This document shows positions 24,437 through 37,589 of a stretch of 64,000 nt of DNA, in pieces (positions within the stretch are counted from its first letter, which is position 1; every line of letters begins with the position of its first letter). The translations under genes were made by a program, and so were the position numbers. Source of the DNA: Octopus sinensis (lineage: Eukaryota); NCBI RefSeq assembly GCF_006345805.1, contig NC_043007.1:4278001-4342000 (forward strand). Reading direction: 5' to 3'. The notes beneath the pieces were generated by a model, which was not told the origin of the DNA, did not search any database, and was given only the letters and a program-made list of their open reading frames with translations.

Positions 24437-24552
24437 ATGCTTTATTTAAAGTAGCAGAAAATTCAACAAAACCTGTTACTCTGAGATGAACGGCAACGCG
24501 AAACTCAGAGTAACAGGTTTTGTTGAATTTTATGCTGCTTTAAATAAAGTAT
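24437..24552. repeat. 49-bp-arm inverted repeat with truncated hammerhead in the loop
   Basis: Arms 24437-24485 and 24504-24552 match at 46/49 positions; loop atgaacggcaacgcgaaa followed by ctc[a]gag-ta-acag. Confidence 0.85.
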
Positions 24553-24774
24553 CTATATATATATATATATACACACTCTCATACATGCATGCATGCATGC
24601 ACACACACACACATACACACACACAGACATATATATATGTATGTGTGTGTGTGTGTGTGTGTGATCATTATTTGCACTGTGTACAGTGAGATCTAAAACA
24701 ATGATCTGCATATTTACTCTTAATATGTCCTGGCAGATTCGAATATGCCTGCATATATGTGTATATGCATGCAC

Positions 24775-24839
<65 letters not shown>

Positions 24840-25246
24840 TGAGAGAGGTATAGATTGATTGATAAACAGACGCATAAAAAAATTGATTGATAGGGAGACT
24901 GACAGAGAGGTAGATTGATAAAACGATAGATAGATTGAGAGTTACATAGAGACCAAAAAAGAGAGGGAGAGAGAGAGAGTGAGGAATAGTGAGAGAGAGA
25001 GAGAGAGAGAGGTAGAAAGAGAAGGAGTGCGAGACGGCTGTCTGAGGAGATAGATATATAGATATACGTCTAGATCGATACAAACTGATTAGAAATTTAT
25101 CTAGATCAACTATGGCGGGACTCATTTGGAATCAACAGTTTAGTGTTAAAGGCTGTTCGTCTGTCTGCCTGTGTCTTGCGAAATGTCTGTCTGTCCGTCT
25201 TGTATATGGCTATGTGTCAAACTTACTGATTATAATTTTTTGCCAG

Positions 25247-25400
25247 CTTCGCAAAGAATTCTGAGGCCAGGGCAAGTATATGGGGGTGGGGTGGGGTGCA
25301 GGACATCCCCCACACAGGCTGAATATACCCCACTTTCATTGCCATTCCAATATTTCCAGTTCTTTGTTTCTATACTGTCTTTCTGTCTGTCTGTCAGTCC
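25247..25400 (+). CDS. Weak candidate exon beginning (A)SQRILRPG; 3' end undefined
   Basis: Branch-like tactgat, acceptor aattttttgccag|; phase-1 frame open; no clear canonical donor keeps phase 1. Confidence 0.25.
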
Positions 25401-25437
25401 ATCACTCTCTCTCTCTCTTCCTCTCTCTCTTCCTCTC

Positions 25438-25516
<79 letters not shown>

Positions 25517-26113
25517 CATGTTCTACTTTTCAAATTTTTTGCCTTTTTCTGTTTTTTTCGCTTTTCTGTTTTTATATTTCATTTCTTTGTCTTTCTTACT
25601 TTCACTAATTTCATTCACTCATTCTCTCTCTCCCTCTCTCTCTTCCTCCCTCCCTCCCTCTTTCTCTCTTGTATCACATTTCTATAATTTTCTTTTGTCT
25701 TTCATTCACCATTTCTTTTCTTTTTCATTTTCTCTTCTCTCAGTTTTCTTTGCTTATTCATTCCTTTCCTTTCTTCATTCCTTTCCTTTCTTCGTATCTT
25801 TACCATATTGGCTCTCCTGCCCCCCCTCCCCGTGCATATACTTACATACATGTGAGCACATAAACACTCACACCCACCCATTCATATTCACAAATACACG
25901 CATACATATATCTATTCATTCACAAACATACCAACACATGCAGACACACTCACACACAACTAACACTCATCGATACATAGGTCAACGAGTACAGTGATGC
26001 ACATAGACGAATCCGTTATCTACACAAATTTATCTCTAAACACACACACACTTGCATAAACATACATGCACACACTCACACATATACACATTCACATGCA
26101 TATATACACACCA

Positions 26114-26148
<35 letters not shown>

Positions 26149-26240
26149 CACACACACTAGCACAAAATTGCATGCCTTCTGCCCTGAACACGCACTGACA
26201 TACATATATTAATACACACATACATGAATGTAGACTTGCA

Positions 26241-26278
<38 letters not shown>

Positions 26279-26916
26279 CACACATGCACGTACACAAATG
26301 TGCACAATGATATACCCTTATCCATTAGCAGAATTTCAAAACCAGTACTAAGACAACCACCCCAATAAATCTACATTTAAATGCAATGTGCAAATGCACA
26401 CAAAACACAAGTGTATGTGCATGTGGAGAGATCTGAGTAGAGAGCCACAGAGACACAGAGACACACAGGTTCACAGCTACACATCTATTCAAAAATATAT
26501 GCCCCCTCAAACCAATGAGGAAGCCTTGGTGTAGTTTGTGAAGCTACTAGGAATAGCACCCATATCTCCCTCAAATTACAACCTGCCATCTTAAACACTG
26601 GAAAAACACATTCACTAGTGTAGTCCTTGATGCACAAAGTCTAAATAAAGTAGAATGTTTATGGCCAGAAAACCTGCCATCATAGGTCTGCCTGTATGAG
26701 GAAAATTGTCTGTGTTACACATCAGTGTATGTACCTTTACATTGAAATGCACAAATATAGACATATACTTACACATGCACATACACACATATATATGCTT
26801 AATACTATATGCTTACTTAAATACATACACTACACATACACACATACATTGAGAAACACATTTTTATGTTAATATACATACATGTATGTATGTGTGTGTG
26901 TGTGTATGTGTGTGTG

Positions 26917-26958
<42 letters not shown>

Positions 26959-27197
26959 TAGATATGTATGTATGTATATTCGCATCAATATACCCATTAT
27001 TTTCATAAAAGTGTAAAGATGCACATATAATTGTATGCTGTGTGTGTATTATGCATCTGATTGTGTGCACATTATACCTATATGCATTCACATACATAAA
27101 CATTAAATTTTATAAATGCATGCTTATGGATGCATTGTTGTACACACCTTGTGTGCATAAATATATATACATGCAGCTACTCAAAGAAAAGCAGGTA

Positions 27198-27417
27198 TAT
27201 ATATACACACATAAATTTATATAAACACATATCAATTTGTGGTATATTTGTGCCTATACAAATCAAATATATGCACACAAGTGTTTGAGGATATATATAC
27301 TCATGCTTATATGAGATTCATAGAATTCTTCATATACATTTATATACACTCAGTGAAATATATGTAATATATGTATAGATACACAGGAGTGTGTGTATAC
27401 ACATGAACAGAAGTACA

Positions 27418-27466
<49 letters not shown>

Positions 27467-27711
27467 GAATGTGTTTGAGCATTCCTGCTGCACGTACTTA
27501 CACGTATGTGTAGATTTACACGTTCCCACACGTGTAAGGATGCATATATAGAAATAATTTTCTCATGTTTAAATACATTCATATTTACGCACTCTCATTC
27601 AACTGTCAATCTAAACCACCCCACATACACATGCATGCACGTATGACCATATACACATTCACAGATGTATTTCTGTAGACACATACACACACTTAGTATA
27701 CATACATATAT

Positions 27712-27756
<45 letters not shown>

Positions 27757-27841
27757 TATATATATATAGATATACATATATATGTACATACATACATACA
27801 TATATATTTATATATATATATATATATGTATAAATATATAT

Positions 27842-27919
<78 letters not shown>

Positions 27920-28212
27920 GATATACATATATATGTACATACATACATACATATATATATATATATAATATATATATATATATATACACACATAAATTTA
28001 TATAAACACATATCAATTTGTGGTATATTTGTGCCTATACAAATCAAATATATGCACACAAGTGTTTGAGGATATATATACTCATGCTTATATGAGATTC
28101 ATAGAATTCTTCATATACATTTATATACACTCAGTGAAATATATGTAATATATGTATAGATACACAGGAGTGTGTGTATACACATGAACAGAAGTACACA
28201 CACATACACACA
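27198..28212. repeat. Exact ~230-bp direct duplication (27198-27430 and 27979-28212, offset 781) around an interrupted (TA)n tract
   Basis: cataaatttatataaacacatatcaatttgtgg...gaacagaagtacacacacatacacac is identical by eye in both copies. Confidence 0.9.
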
Positions 28213-28449
28213 CACTATTATCCATACATACACGCACAGAAAAGCCCACACTTAATCATACACTTACAAATACACACGCAATCATAGATATGTCAGCTCA
28301 CACACTTACATTTAAATGCAAACACATACACATCTACATGATAATCAATAAAAAGAGTCATTGAACCATTCTCCTTTCATAGTTTGACTTTTGAAGATAA
28401 AGGTGCAAATAGCAGTCCAAGTAAACTCTATCTATCTCTCTCTTCATAA

Positions 28450-28491
<42 letters not shown>

Positions 28492-28744
28492 CTGTCTCTT
28501 ATCTCTGTCCATCTTCCAATTTTCATACACACACAGACCTCTTCTCTCTCTGGCTCTCTCTCTCTCTCAAACATCTATATGGATATGCACACACACACAT
28601 ACACACACACTATTATCCATACATACACACACACAAATTTCTCCCTATTTCCCCCTTTCTTTGTTTCTTCATTTATCTTTTTGGCACTCCATTTCTCATT
28701 TCTCTCTCTCTCCATCCTTACATACATGCACACATATACTACAC

Positions 28745-28791
<47 letters not shown>

Positions 28792-29775
28792 AGTATCCAT
28801 TTATCTATTTCTTCTCTGTCTCCTCTCTCTCTCTCTCTCTCTGTCTTTCTAATATATATATGTACACACACACACACACACACATACACATGTTTGTATG
28901 TATGTGTGTATGTATTTGTGTATGTACATGCATATATATATTTATATATATATATCTGCATGTGTACATATATGTGTGTGCATGTGTATATATATATATA
29001 TATATATACATACATACATACATGTGTGCATATGGACACATTCATACTTACACACACACACACTTTCAAACTGGACCTGTAGATTGTAGTACTGCTTTGT
29101 TTATGATAGTGATGATGATAACTGTGGTTGGTTTGATTGTTATTGCTTTTGCTTTCATTTAGCCCTAGTTTGGCACATATGAGGAGACTTATGATCAAAG
29201 ACATTCCAACCATGATCACCCTGCCTTTTTTTAGGCCTAATGCACTTCAGCCTACATTAACCAATATAATATCTTTTTTTTTAAGATAGTAGTTTTCAAG
29301 CTGAGGGAAATTTGGCTGCTATTTCTCCCTCGTTGGCTTCTGGTTTGTGTTGTCGAAAGTGCTGGGGATATTGGTTGATGTTGTTAGTGTGGCGAGAGTA
29401 GTTTTATTGTGAATGATAGTAGTTGATGGTGGTGGTTGCGATGGTGGTGATGGTTATGCCTAGCTGTGGTGGAGGTGCAGGGGAAAATTTGGCAATGGGG
29501 GGAGTGGAACTGCTAGTGGTGGTGGTCGTGGTGGTTGTGGTGAGTTTGGGCTATATATGTGTGTATGTGTGTGAATGTATGCTTTCTATTGCCAATTTAA
29601 GAGAAAGAGGAGGATGAGGAGGAGGAGGAGGGGGGTATGTTGTTGTTGACTTTGTTGTCGATGCTAGTTTTGGTGCTGGTGTTGGTGGTGAGATACTTTT
29701 GAGTTGTGTGTGTATTGTGGGAGTATATTTGTGTTTTGTTGTTGTTGTTGTTCTTCTCTTTCTCCTGTTTGGAAG

Positions 29776-29885
29776 CTGGCTTAGCTAATGTTGAGAGTGG
29801 AGTGATGCTAGTGGCGGTGTCGTCGTACGTGGTGCTGGCGGTGGTGGTGTTGGTGGTGGTCAGGCTTCGGTGGAGTCATGCGTGA
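29776..29885 (+). CDS. Candidate terminal exon (phase 1): (A)GLANVESGVMLVAVSSYVVLAVVVLVVVRLRWSHA*, a TM- or GPI-signal-like tail
   Basis: Polypyrimidine ttcttctctttctcctgtttggaag| acceptor; about 21 hydrophobic residues then RLR and TGA; CpGs retained. Part of the hydrophobicity could stem from (GTG)n. Confidence 0.5.
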
Positions 29886-30298
29886 AGTGTTCCATGCAAT
29901 GCCAAGCCACCATAACGATGGGTGCAGCAGCAGCAGCAGCAGCAACTTTTGCTCCTGCTGCTGCTGCTGCTGCTGCTGTTGCACCTCCCACACCTTTTTT
30001 CTCTAGTGTATTGATTCAGACTCTCATACCCTTCCTTCTCTTTGACCTTCATCATCATCCTCATCACCACCACCACACCCACCCCCTTCTCAGTAGCCAT
30101 AACTAATATCAGGATATTGGTTGTTGCCGTCATCATCATCGTCATCATCATCATCATAATGTTGCTGCCATTATCATTGTTATCCTCATTGTTATGATAA
30201 TGATGATGATGACGATGAATAATTTCATTTATTTGCCACAAGGACAAAGGATGAGGGGACAATACTAAGACAAAGTGTTGGGAGTTTACATATCATGA

Positions 30299-30343
<45 letters not shown>

Positions 30344-30425
30344 TAGTACCATCCTCATCCTCATTAACATCCTTATTTCCATTGTTACTTCTACCATCAC
30401 CATCCCCAGCATCATCCCCACCCCT

Positions 30426-30472
<47 letters not shown>

Positions 30473-30663
30473 AAGTGTGAACACTACCAGCAGTAGTTTT
30501 CAGCAGGATTAGCAAAACATCATCAACAGTAACTTCAGCATCCTTGCCATCAGCATCCACCCCATTGTTACAGCGTTGACTGCTGCAGGAAACCTAGTCA
30601 CTGTTTTAGTTTTTGCATCCAGCTCTCTCCCTCGATTTACCGCACAGTCTACTTCTTTGCCAG

Positions 30664-30693
30664 CAGTGTCCCAAAGGATTCTTCCGCATGTAG
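30664..30693 (+). CDS. Candidate 30-nt microexon (phase 1-1), (A)VSQRILPHV, NAGNAG acceptor
   Basis: ctacttctttgccag|cag|tgtcc... acceptor and catgtag|gtgtgt donor; frame-preserving. Confidence 0.4.
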   Translation, partial: QCPKGFFRM

Positions 30694-31099
30694 GTGTGTC
30701 TATATGTGAATGTGCAATTTAAAAGCTGTATGATGTCATTCATTCATTGCTAGCTAAATCAACAGACTGTCAACCAGTTAGTGAAATGTGTTGATGGTTT
30801 TATGTAACCCGTCACCAGTAAATGGTGATATGGTTGAGTAGATAAGTTTATTAGACTTCCTGCTTATAAGTTGTCAGCTCAAATCTGCTTTTTACATCTC
30901 ATTGTGTTTCTCATTAGAACATTATATTTTGAATTGCCTGTTGAGAATATGTACCATCAGACCCTTTGGGAATGTTACCCAGGGTATATTAATGTTTGCT
31001 GCTTGAGAAATTTATCTTATGTCCACTTCATACGATGAAACTGAAGTTAGGCAACAACCTTTGAAAACCTCATTGGAACTTCAGCTTGAAACAACCTAT

Positions 31100-31282
31100 T
31101 TCTTTATTACCCACAAGGAGACAAACAAGGACAGACATAGGTATTAAGTCGATTACATCGACCCCAGTGCGTAACTGGTACTTAATTTATCAACCCTGAA
31201 AGGATGAAAGGCAAAGTTGACCTTGGCAGAATTTGAACTCACAACGTAACGGCAGATGAAATACCGGTAAGCATTTCGCCCG
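31100..31282 (-). mobile_element. CORE-type SINE (family B)
   Basis: ctggtacttaatttatcaaccctgaaaggatgaaaggcaaagttgaccttggcagaatttgaactc is the reverse complement of the CORE domain plus B-box. Confidence 0.85.
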
Positions 31283-31690
31283 TTACTGGCTCAGTTTGCA
31301 TAACTGCAAATAAAAACCATGTGTTGATAAAACTCCACACTAGAAACCCTTGAGAGTTTATGGATATAAATAATGAGGTTTTTCATTAACTGTTTCCAGT
31401 GTTGAGTACAACTCACCTCATAGATCTAGTTTTTGTGAGAAATGGACTCCATTAGACTGACTTGCTTGTATAGAAACAATCTCTTGAAGTAGTTTTCTTA
31501 TGTTTCAATCGCTTGTTAAGTCCGTAGGGCATTATGTATTTAAGTGGAATACTTGAGAATGTTTGTAGTTTATACTTATTCATCAAGGGTTTTGAGTTTT
31601 AATTTACTGCTTGCATTTGTGTTTGGGCCATGCACTTAATAATACAAACCACTGTTTCAGAAGAAACGTACAGTTCATCAGGTGTCATTT

Positions 31691-31737
<47 letters not shown>

Positions 31738-33173
31738 AGAGCGAGAGTTTTCTTTCAAATCAAGATAAATTTATTTCTCATTCACTTAATGCATAAACAC
31801 AAAACTTTATAAACCTCCTGAAACTTAGATGAACTCTCAACCATTCCCGCTCTTATCAATCAAAATAGCAGCTATTGGAGAAAAGCTGACCATTGATGGC
31901 AGTTGTAGTTTTATTAGTTGAGGGTTTTCACTTCAAATCCTTCTTCTCTTGCACCTTTTACTATAAAGAATGGGAGAGTATTGTAGTTTGTTTGAAGCAT
32001 TGTGCATTGTTTGTAAAGAATAAACTATTTTGAATGACACCACAATACACAATAATACAAACAACAGACTATATTAACTGTTGTAATTTAATCATTCATT
32101 GTCTGATATGATATTTGGGAATAAAAATTCCTGTCTTGCTCCTCTTTCAAGCCTAGAAATCTCTATGAGTTCCAGATTTTCTCACTATATTATGCTGGCC
32201 ACTTCTCAGAAACAGACAATTATTGACAGGAATCTATGGTAATAGATCCAACTAGAATTAAATCTAATCAACAGTCAATTTGCCCCCCCCCCTCCAATAA
32301 CACTAGTCACCATTCCTAACTTATCAATATCCCAATATGTTTCACTGTACCAGCTATGCGTTCATTGAATCACAAGGCGTTAATGGATGAATGAAAAGTC
32401 CTCATCATCGTTATCATCATCATCAGCAGCAACTTCTTCTTCTTCTTCTTCTCTTCTTCTTCTTCTTCTTTTTCTTCTCCTCCTCCTCCTCCTCCTCCTC
32501 CTTCTCCTCCCGCAGAATAAGAACATGAGCTTATTCCTGAAGTTCTTTTTTTTATATATCTACCTTCCAGTGGGCAATGAAGTTAGCTAATTTCTTCATT
32601 GATGTTCAGATAATCTCCATATTTTGATGTGTGTGCGTGGGAGAGAGAGAGAGAGAGAGAGAGAGATTGCAAATATAGCTCAATACATCCGATGGTGTAT
32701 GTGTTATTTGATGTCTATATTTCAAATGTCACAAACGCATAATGAGACTGAAAGGTTTTTCCCTCTACACCTCTTCTCACTGACAGAACTCAGCCTTTCA
32801 GATTTGGTTATTTATGAGTTATAATTGTGGTTGGCCCACAGTTCCTCCTCTTCACATCTCTTTCTCTTAGAAGTATGACTCTCAGGTACTTACAGGAAGA
32901 TGTAGATTGCTGTTGTTTAACTCCTAAGCCAGTCTTGATCTAGTAGCTCCCTGATCAAAGATACTCCACACTTAACAATCTTGTCATTTTGAAAATGCAG
33001 GCTACATTAACCAAGTCAGTAAGGCATGATCTGTGGTTAGTTTGGTTGATGTTTCTAGCAGCGTAGGCATCTCTCCTTGGCCCATGTGTATAATAGTGGT
33101 GTGGGAAAAGTTCCTCTCAATATCTCTTGTCCTCTCCAAAAGGATTTTCATTTATCAGCTGGTAATGCAAATA

Positions 33174-33389
33174 CAGTAATTCTTTGACTATCACAGGTGT
33201 TACATTCCAAAACCCCCTGTGATAGGTGAAAATCCATGAAGTAGAAACAGTACTGTACTGTATATATATATTTTTTATAATTTGTATATATTCATTTTAT
33301 TATAACTGCAAAACAACACCACAGAGGAATCAACGTAAGCTTAAATAGTAAACCACGATCAGTAACCACGATATGGCGAGGGATTTCTG
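33174..33389. mobile_element. Tigger/pogo-like MITE
   Basis: TA|cagtaattctttgactatcacagg ... ccacgatatggcgagggatttctg|TA: degenerate TIRs with TA target duplication. Confidence 0.7.
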
Positions 33390-34271
33390 TACAAAGATAT
33401 GTCTCTTAAAATGTGGGTCGTTTGCTGACTGACAACAGTTTAGCTCTGAAATTGTGGTGTCATGTAAAAGAGAAACAAGTCTTTCAAAAGGCCAAAGCCA
33501 AATGAACCTCATAGATTTAAGGGCTACTGCCCAAATCTGTGGCAAAATTCCTGCAGGAAATTTTTTTTAACTAACACAATGTCCACTCAACTATTTTATG
33601 TTTCTCTTCATCTAGTTTTGGCCATTACGAAGTAGTTGAGATCATGTTTCTAAGCTAGGGAGAGTTATCATAATCGTTATTGCAATGACATGCTGATGGA
33701 ATTCTCTGTCCAAAACAAAGCAAAAAAAGAAAGAAAAAACTACATCATCTCACACACTGTCACTAACTCTATTAGTGCAATCATCATCATCATCATCATT
33801 CAACTACCAACACAGCCACTACAACTAATGACACTATGTGTTTCATTAAGCCATCTTCCTTTTGCCTCCATATTACCATTTTCATCCTAACCATTATTTC
33901 CACTGCCATAACCATCACAGACACCACCTTCACCACTATTTCCTAATTAAGAAATCATCATTATTATTAATGCTACTTTCCTAAGGCTTCATGCCTCATT
34001 AAGAAATCATAATGATTATGATATTGTTGTCATCACAATCATTATTGTTGTTGTTATTATTATTGTTATCATTGGTGGTGGTGGTGGTTGTGGTGGTGGT
34101 GGTTGATGTTGTTGTTGTAGTGTAGAGATGTGCAATGGATGAGTAAATATTTTAGAATATTCCTTGTTTCCTGGGTTGTGTGTCCACTTTCAGCTTCAAG
34201 TATTGCCTTGGTTCTCATGACAAGATACTTAGCATTAACTCTTTTAACTAATAACGTTGTTGTAATTGCTA

Positions 34272-34308
<37 letters not shown>

Positions 34309-34539
34309 GGAGGAGGAGGAGGAGGTAGTGGACAACAGTAGTTTTATCATCATCATCATTATTATATTTTACTTCTCAGAGCTCTTGATATTACCTGCTC
34401 TGGTTAATTCTGTGAGAGTGGTTAGCAACTTGTCAAAGATCTCACAGGGTCTCTTAGGGTCTCTTTCCTCGAATTATAAGACTTGCTACTTAGATGTTAA
34501 GTATCATATTATTATTATTATTATCATCTTTATTATTAT

Positions 34540-35012
34540 TGAGTGAGAGAGCAGTGCATGTCGTCAAATTGACACTGGGGTACAAATATACGAAGACCAA
34601 TATACCCATCATGACTACCTGTCTGTTAAGGGTACACCAGGCATTGCAACCATATGTGCATGACATGGTGATCTCAAATCAAGATAAACAGCATATGACC
34701 TTGCAGGTGGGGGCCCAGTTAGAATTTTCTTCAGGTTGCCCATCTCGCTCAAAAGGTCTATGAATAAGGGTTGTTTAAGGCTATGATGCACCCCCACTAC
34801 TTCTGCTCATGATCAGAGATGCACATATTGTCAGCCACTAAGGGACATGCTCAACAGGTTAAGGTCAAACAACTGACAAGCAAATCTGTGGTATTGAGCA
34901 GAATATTTGCTGCAGTTCATCTTTTATACCAAGACAAAACAATGTACATGATAACGCTTCCAATCAGTTACGATCAGAAGCCATGACAGCCAGTGCTTGT
35001 ATTGCATCAGGG
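34540..35012. mobile_element. Family E repeat, second copy, flanked by (TTA)n and (CAT)n
   Basis: Matches 4717-5205; lacks about 70 bp after ttgtttaagg. Confidence 0.8.
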
Positions 35013-35049
35013 TATATCATCATCATCATTTTCATTTTCATTATCATCA

Positions 35050-36570
35050 TTTTTCAATTCTGTTTCCATTTCTTGCTGAGTGTCTTCCTGACACCTAGGG
35101 CAGAGAAACGTACTGTGTACATTGGTAGGCCATTAAAATAAACACTAAATTGTTCATTTACAAAGTCATGTGGTAGAGAAGGAGGCAGAAAGACAAAGAA
35201 AAATGAAAAATAAAAAAGAAAAATAGAAAAAATCTCTAAAAATAAATAAAATAAATATAAAAAGTAAATGAATAAATAAGTAAACAAAGAAAATAAATGG
35301 GAAAAAGGGAAAGAAAATTCACAGTAACAATGCTCCTCTCAGTATGTGTGACGTACCAGTTAAGGCAATCGTTTGCACTTCCTGCGTGGATGGGTAAGCC
35401 AAGGGTCATTCTTAAATAAAGTTCAGTTTCTTTTTTGATCATTCCAAGTGCTCCTACAATTACTGGTACTGTAACCCTCTTCAGATGCTGCATCTTTTCA
35501 ATTTCAATTAGCAGATCTTTATATTTTCTGAGCTTATCAATTTCTTTTGCCGTGATATTATGGTCACAGGGAATGCTCATGTCAGTCAATAAACAGACTT
35601 TATTGTTTGGGCCTTTCACAACAACATCTGGTTTATTTGCTTTGATGGTCCAGTCTGTACATAATGGGAAGTCCTAAAGAATAGTTACATTTTCTCCCTC
35701 AGTTATAACCTCAGGGTGGTGCTTGTACCATTTGTCAGCAGTTTTGATTTCCAATGTAGATATTGTCCAACTCTGTTATGCCTTGATTTGTACTCTACAG
35801 GTGCTAAAACCATACATCCAGAGATTAGGTGCTCTACTGTTTCTATCCCATCGTCTACACCATATTTCATCACATTGGCTTGGTAGTTACAGGTCAATAA
35901 GCTCTGATCTTAAGCAGTCAAGATAAAGCCTTCACTCTTTGCCTTTAGCCCTGATCTCCGTAGCCACTGATGGGTGTGCTTCTGGTCTACATCAGCTTGT
36001 TTGCTATGGACCACATATTTGCCATGCAGAGGTTTTTGTTCCCACCTATCAGCCAATTGTTCAAACATATTTTGTTTTGCTATTGTTTTCGCCCTCTTTG
36101 CAACTACAGTTGCTGCACTTCCATCATACTGTTCAACCTGGGTATTATGTGTAAACTCACTAGAAAAGATTTTGCTCTCCTTCATAACAGAATGAAGCTT
36201 CTTACATCTTTTGTAATTTTCATCAAGCTTTAGCATCCAGCCATTAGATGTTTCAAGATTTTTTGCTAGTCCAATTGTGGTGGTTTTTGTAAGAGATTTC
36301 AAATTGGATCAAGTCTTGGCCTCTTTGAGCCCTGGGTAGGTAAAGACGATCTGTCTCTGCCATTGGGTGGTGCATCTTATTGCAAGTCAGCAGCTCACAG
36401 ATTTTCCTGTCAATCTTCCTTATTTCACTCATATTCCAATTCAACTCATTGAAACTCTAAATAACAACCAGAACTACCAAGGAATTAATTGCTAATGCCT
36501 TTTTTCCATGCATTTAACTTGGATTTTAGGAATGCTCAAACTCTCCTGTAACATTCCTTCCTGACTCTTA
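35050..36570 (-). mobile_element. R4/Dong-like (RLE) non-LTR retrotransposon, 5'-truncated pseudogene
   Basis: Peptides DRLYLPRAQRGQ, WEQKPLHGKY, ETVEHLISGC..EYKSRHNRV..LHW (CCHC finger region), KPDVVV..LTDMSIPCD..KLRKYKDL..VPVIVGALG (restriction-like endonuclease). Confidence 0.92.
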
Positions 36571-36619
36571 CTTTCTTCTTTGCCCACATTCACGCAATCT
36601 CATTTTTTAGTGGCTTCTA

Positions 36620-36890
36620 CTTCTCAATCTCTTTCCAGTTCTTCATCATCCACTCGTACATGCCCAGGTACAGCATCATCTATGATCTTTGCCTCCTTCA
36701 TCATTTTATCAACTACAATAATGTTGGGTCTCTGAGCACCAACCACTAAATCCCATTGGATTATAAAATCCCACAAGATCTCATTCCCCTCCTGATTTGT
36801 ACCATTCATTGTCTTTTCAAAACCATACTTTGCACTCAATCTCCAATGAACATACCTCGCTACATTATCAAGCCTCCTTTTCTATTCCTT
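36620..36890 (-). mobile_element. Second R4/Dong-like endonuclease fragment
   Basis: EILWDFIIQWDLVVGAQRPNIIVVDK..EAKIIDDAVPG. Confidence 0.85.
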
Positions 36891-36934
36891 TTGAGCCAAT
36901 TTGCTACACTCACTCACAATATGTGAGACTGTTT

Positions 36935-37385
36935 CACTCCTCCTCCTCCTCCTCCTCCTCCTCCTCCCTCCTCCTTCCCCCCTCCTCCCTCCTCCTTCCC
37001 CCCTCCTCCCTCCTCTCCCTCATCTTCCCTCCCTTCATCCTCCTCCGCCTCTCCCTCATCTTCCCTCCCTTCATCCTCCTCCACCTCTCCCTCATCTTCC
37101 CTCCCTTCATCCTCCTCCACCTCTCCCTCATCTTCCCTCCCTTCATCCTCCTCTGCCTCTTCCCTCCCTTCATCCTCCTCCGCCTCTCCCTCCTCTTCCC
37201 TCCCTTCATCCTCCTCCACCTCTCCCTCATCTTCCCTCTCTTCATCCTCCTCCGTCTCCCCCCTCCTTCCTCCTCTGCCTCTTCCCTCCCTTCATCCTCC
37301 TCTGCCTCTTCCTCCTCTTCCCTCCCTCCCTTCCTCCTCCTCCCCCTCCTCCCTCCTCCTTCCCCCCTCCTCCCCTATCCCCCCT
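36935..37385. repeat. Polypyrimidine minisatellite, ~36-bp unit
   Basis: ctctccctcatcttccctcccttcatcctcctcc(a/g)c repeated about 7 times, flanked by (CCT)n. Confidence 0.9.
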
Positions 37386-37589
37386 CCTTATATTTTACCT
37401 TTGCTTTAATTTATACAAGCTGCAATCAAATCTCAAACAGAGATGTCAAAGGGACAAGTTTCAGCATCGGAAGAGCTAAGCAGGTGAAAAGAGAAAAAAA
37501 AACAACAAAAGACTGATGCCTGCATGTTAAAAAAAAATGATTTTCTTAATAAAATTTATAATAAAACTGAATGAATAAACCTGTAGTTT

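Noticed and set aside
30623-30693. Alternative frame LLLCQQCPKGFFRM resembling a TNFR repeat or C2H2 finger start
   Set aside because: It stops immediately (TAG) or needs a phase-2 exit with no partner exon; no further Cys/His pattern is present.
34380-34500. Open frame after the acceptor-like ttttacttctcag
   Set aside because: No good donor; the sequence resembles a decayed retrotransposon 3' end between microsatellites.
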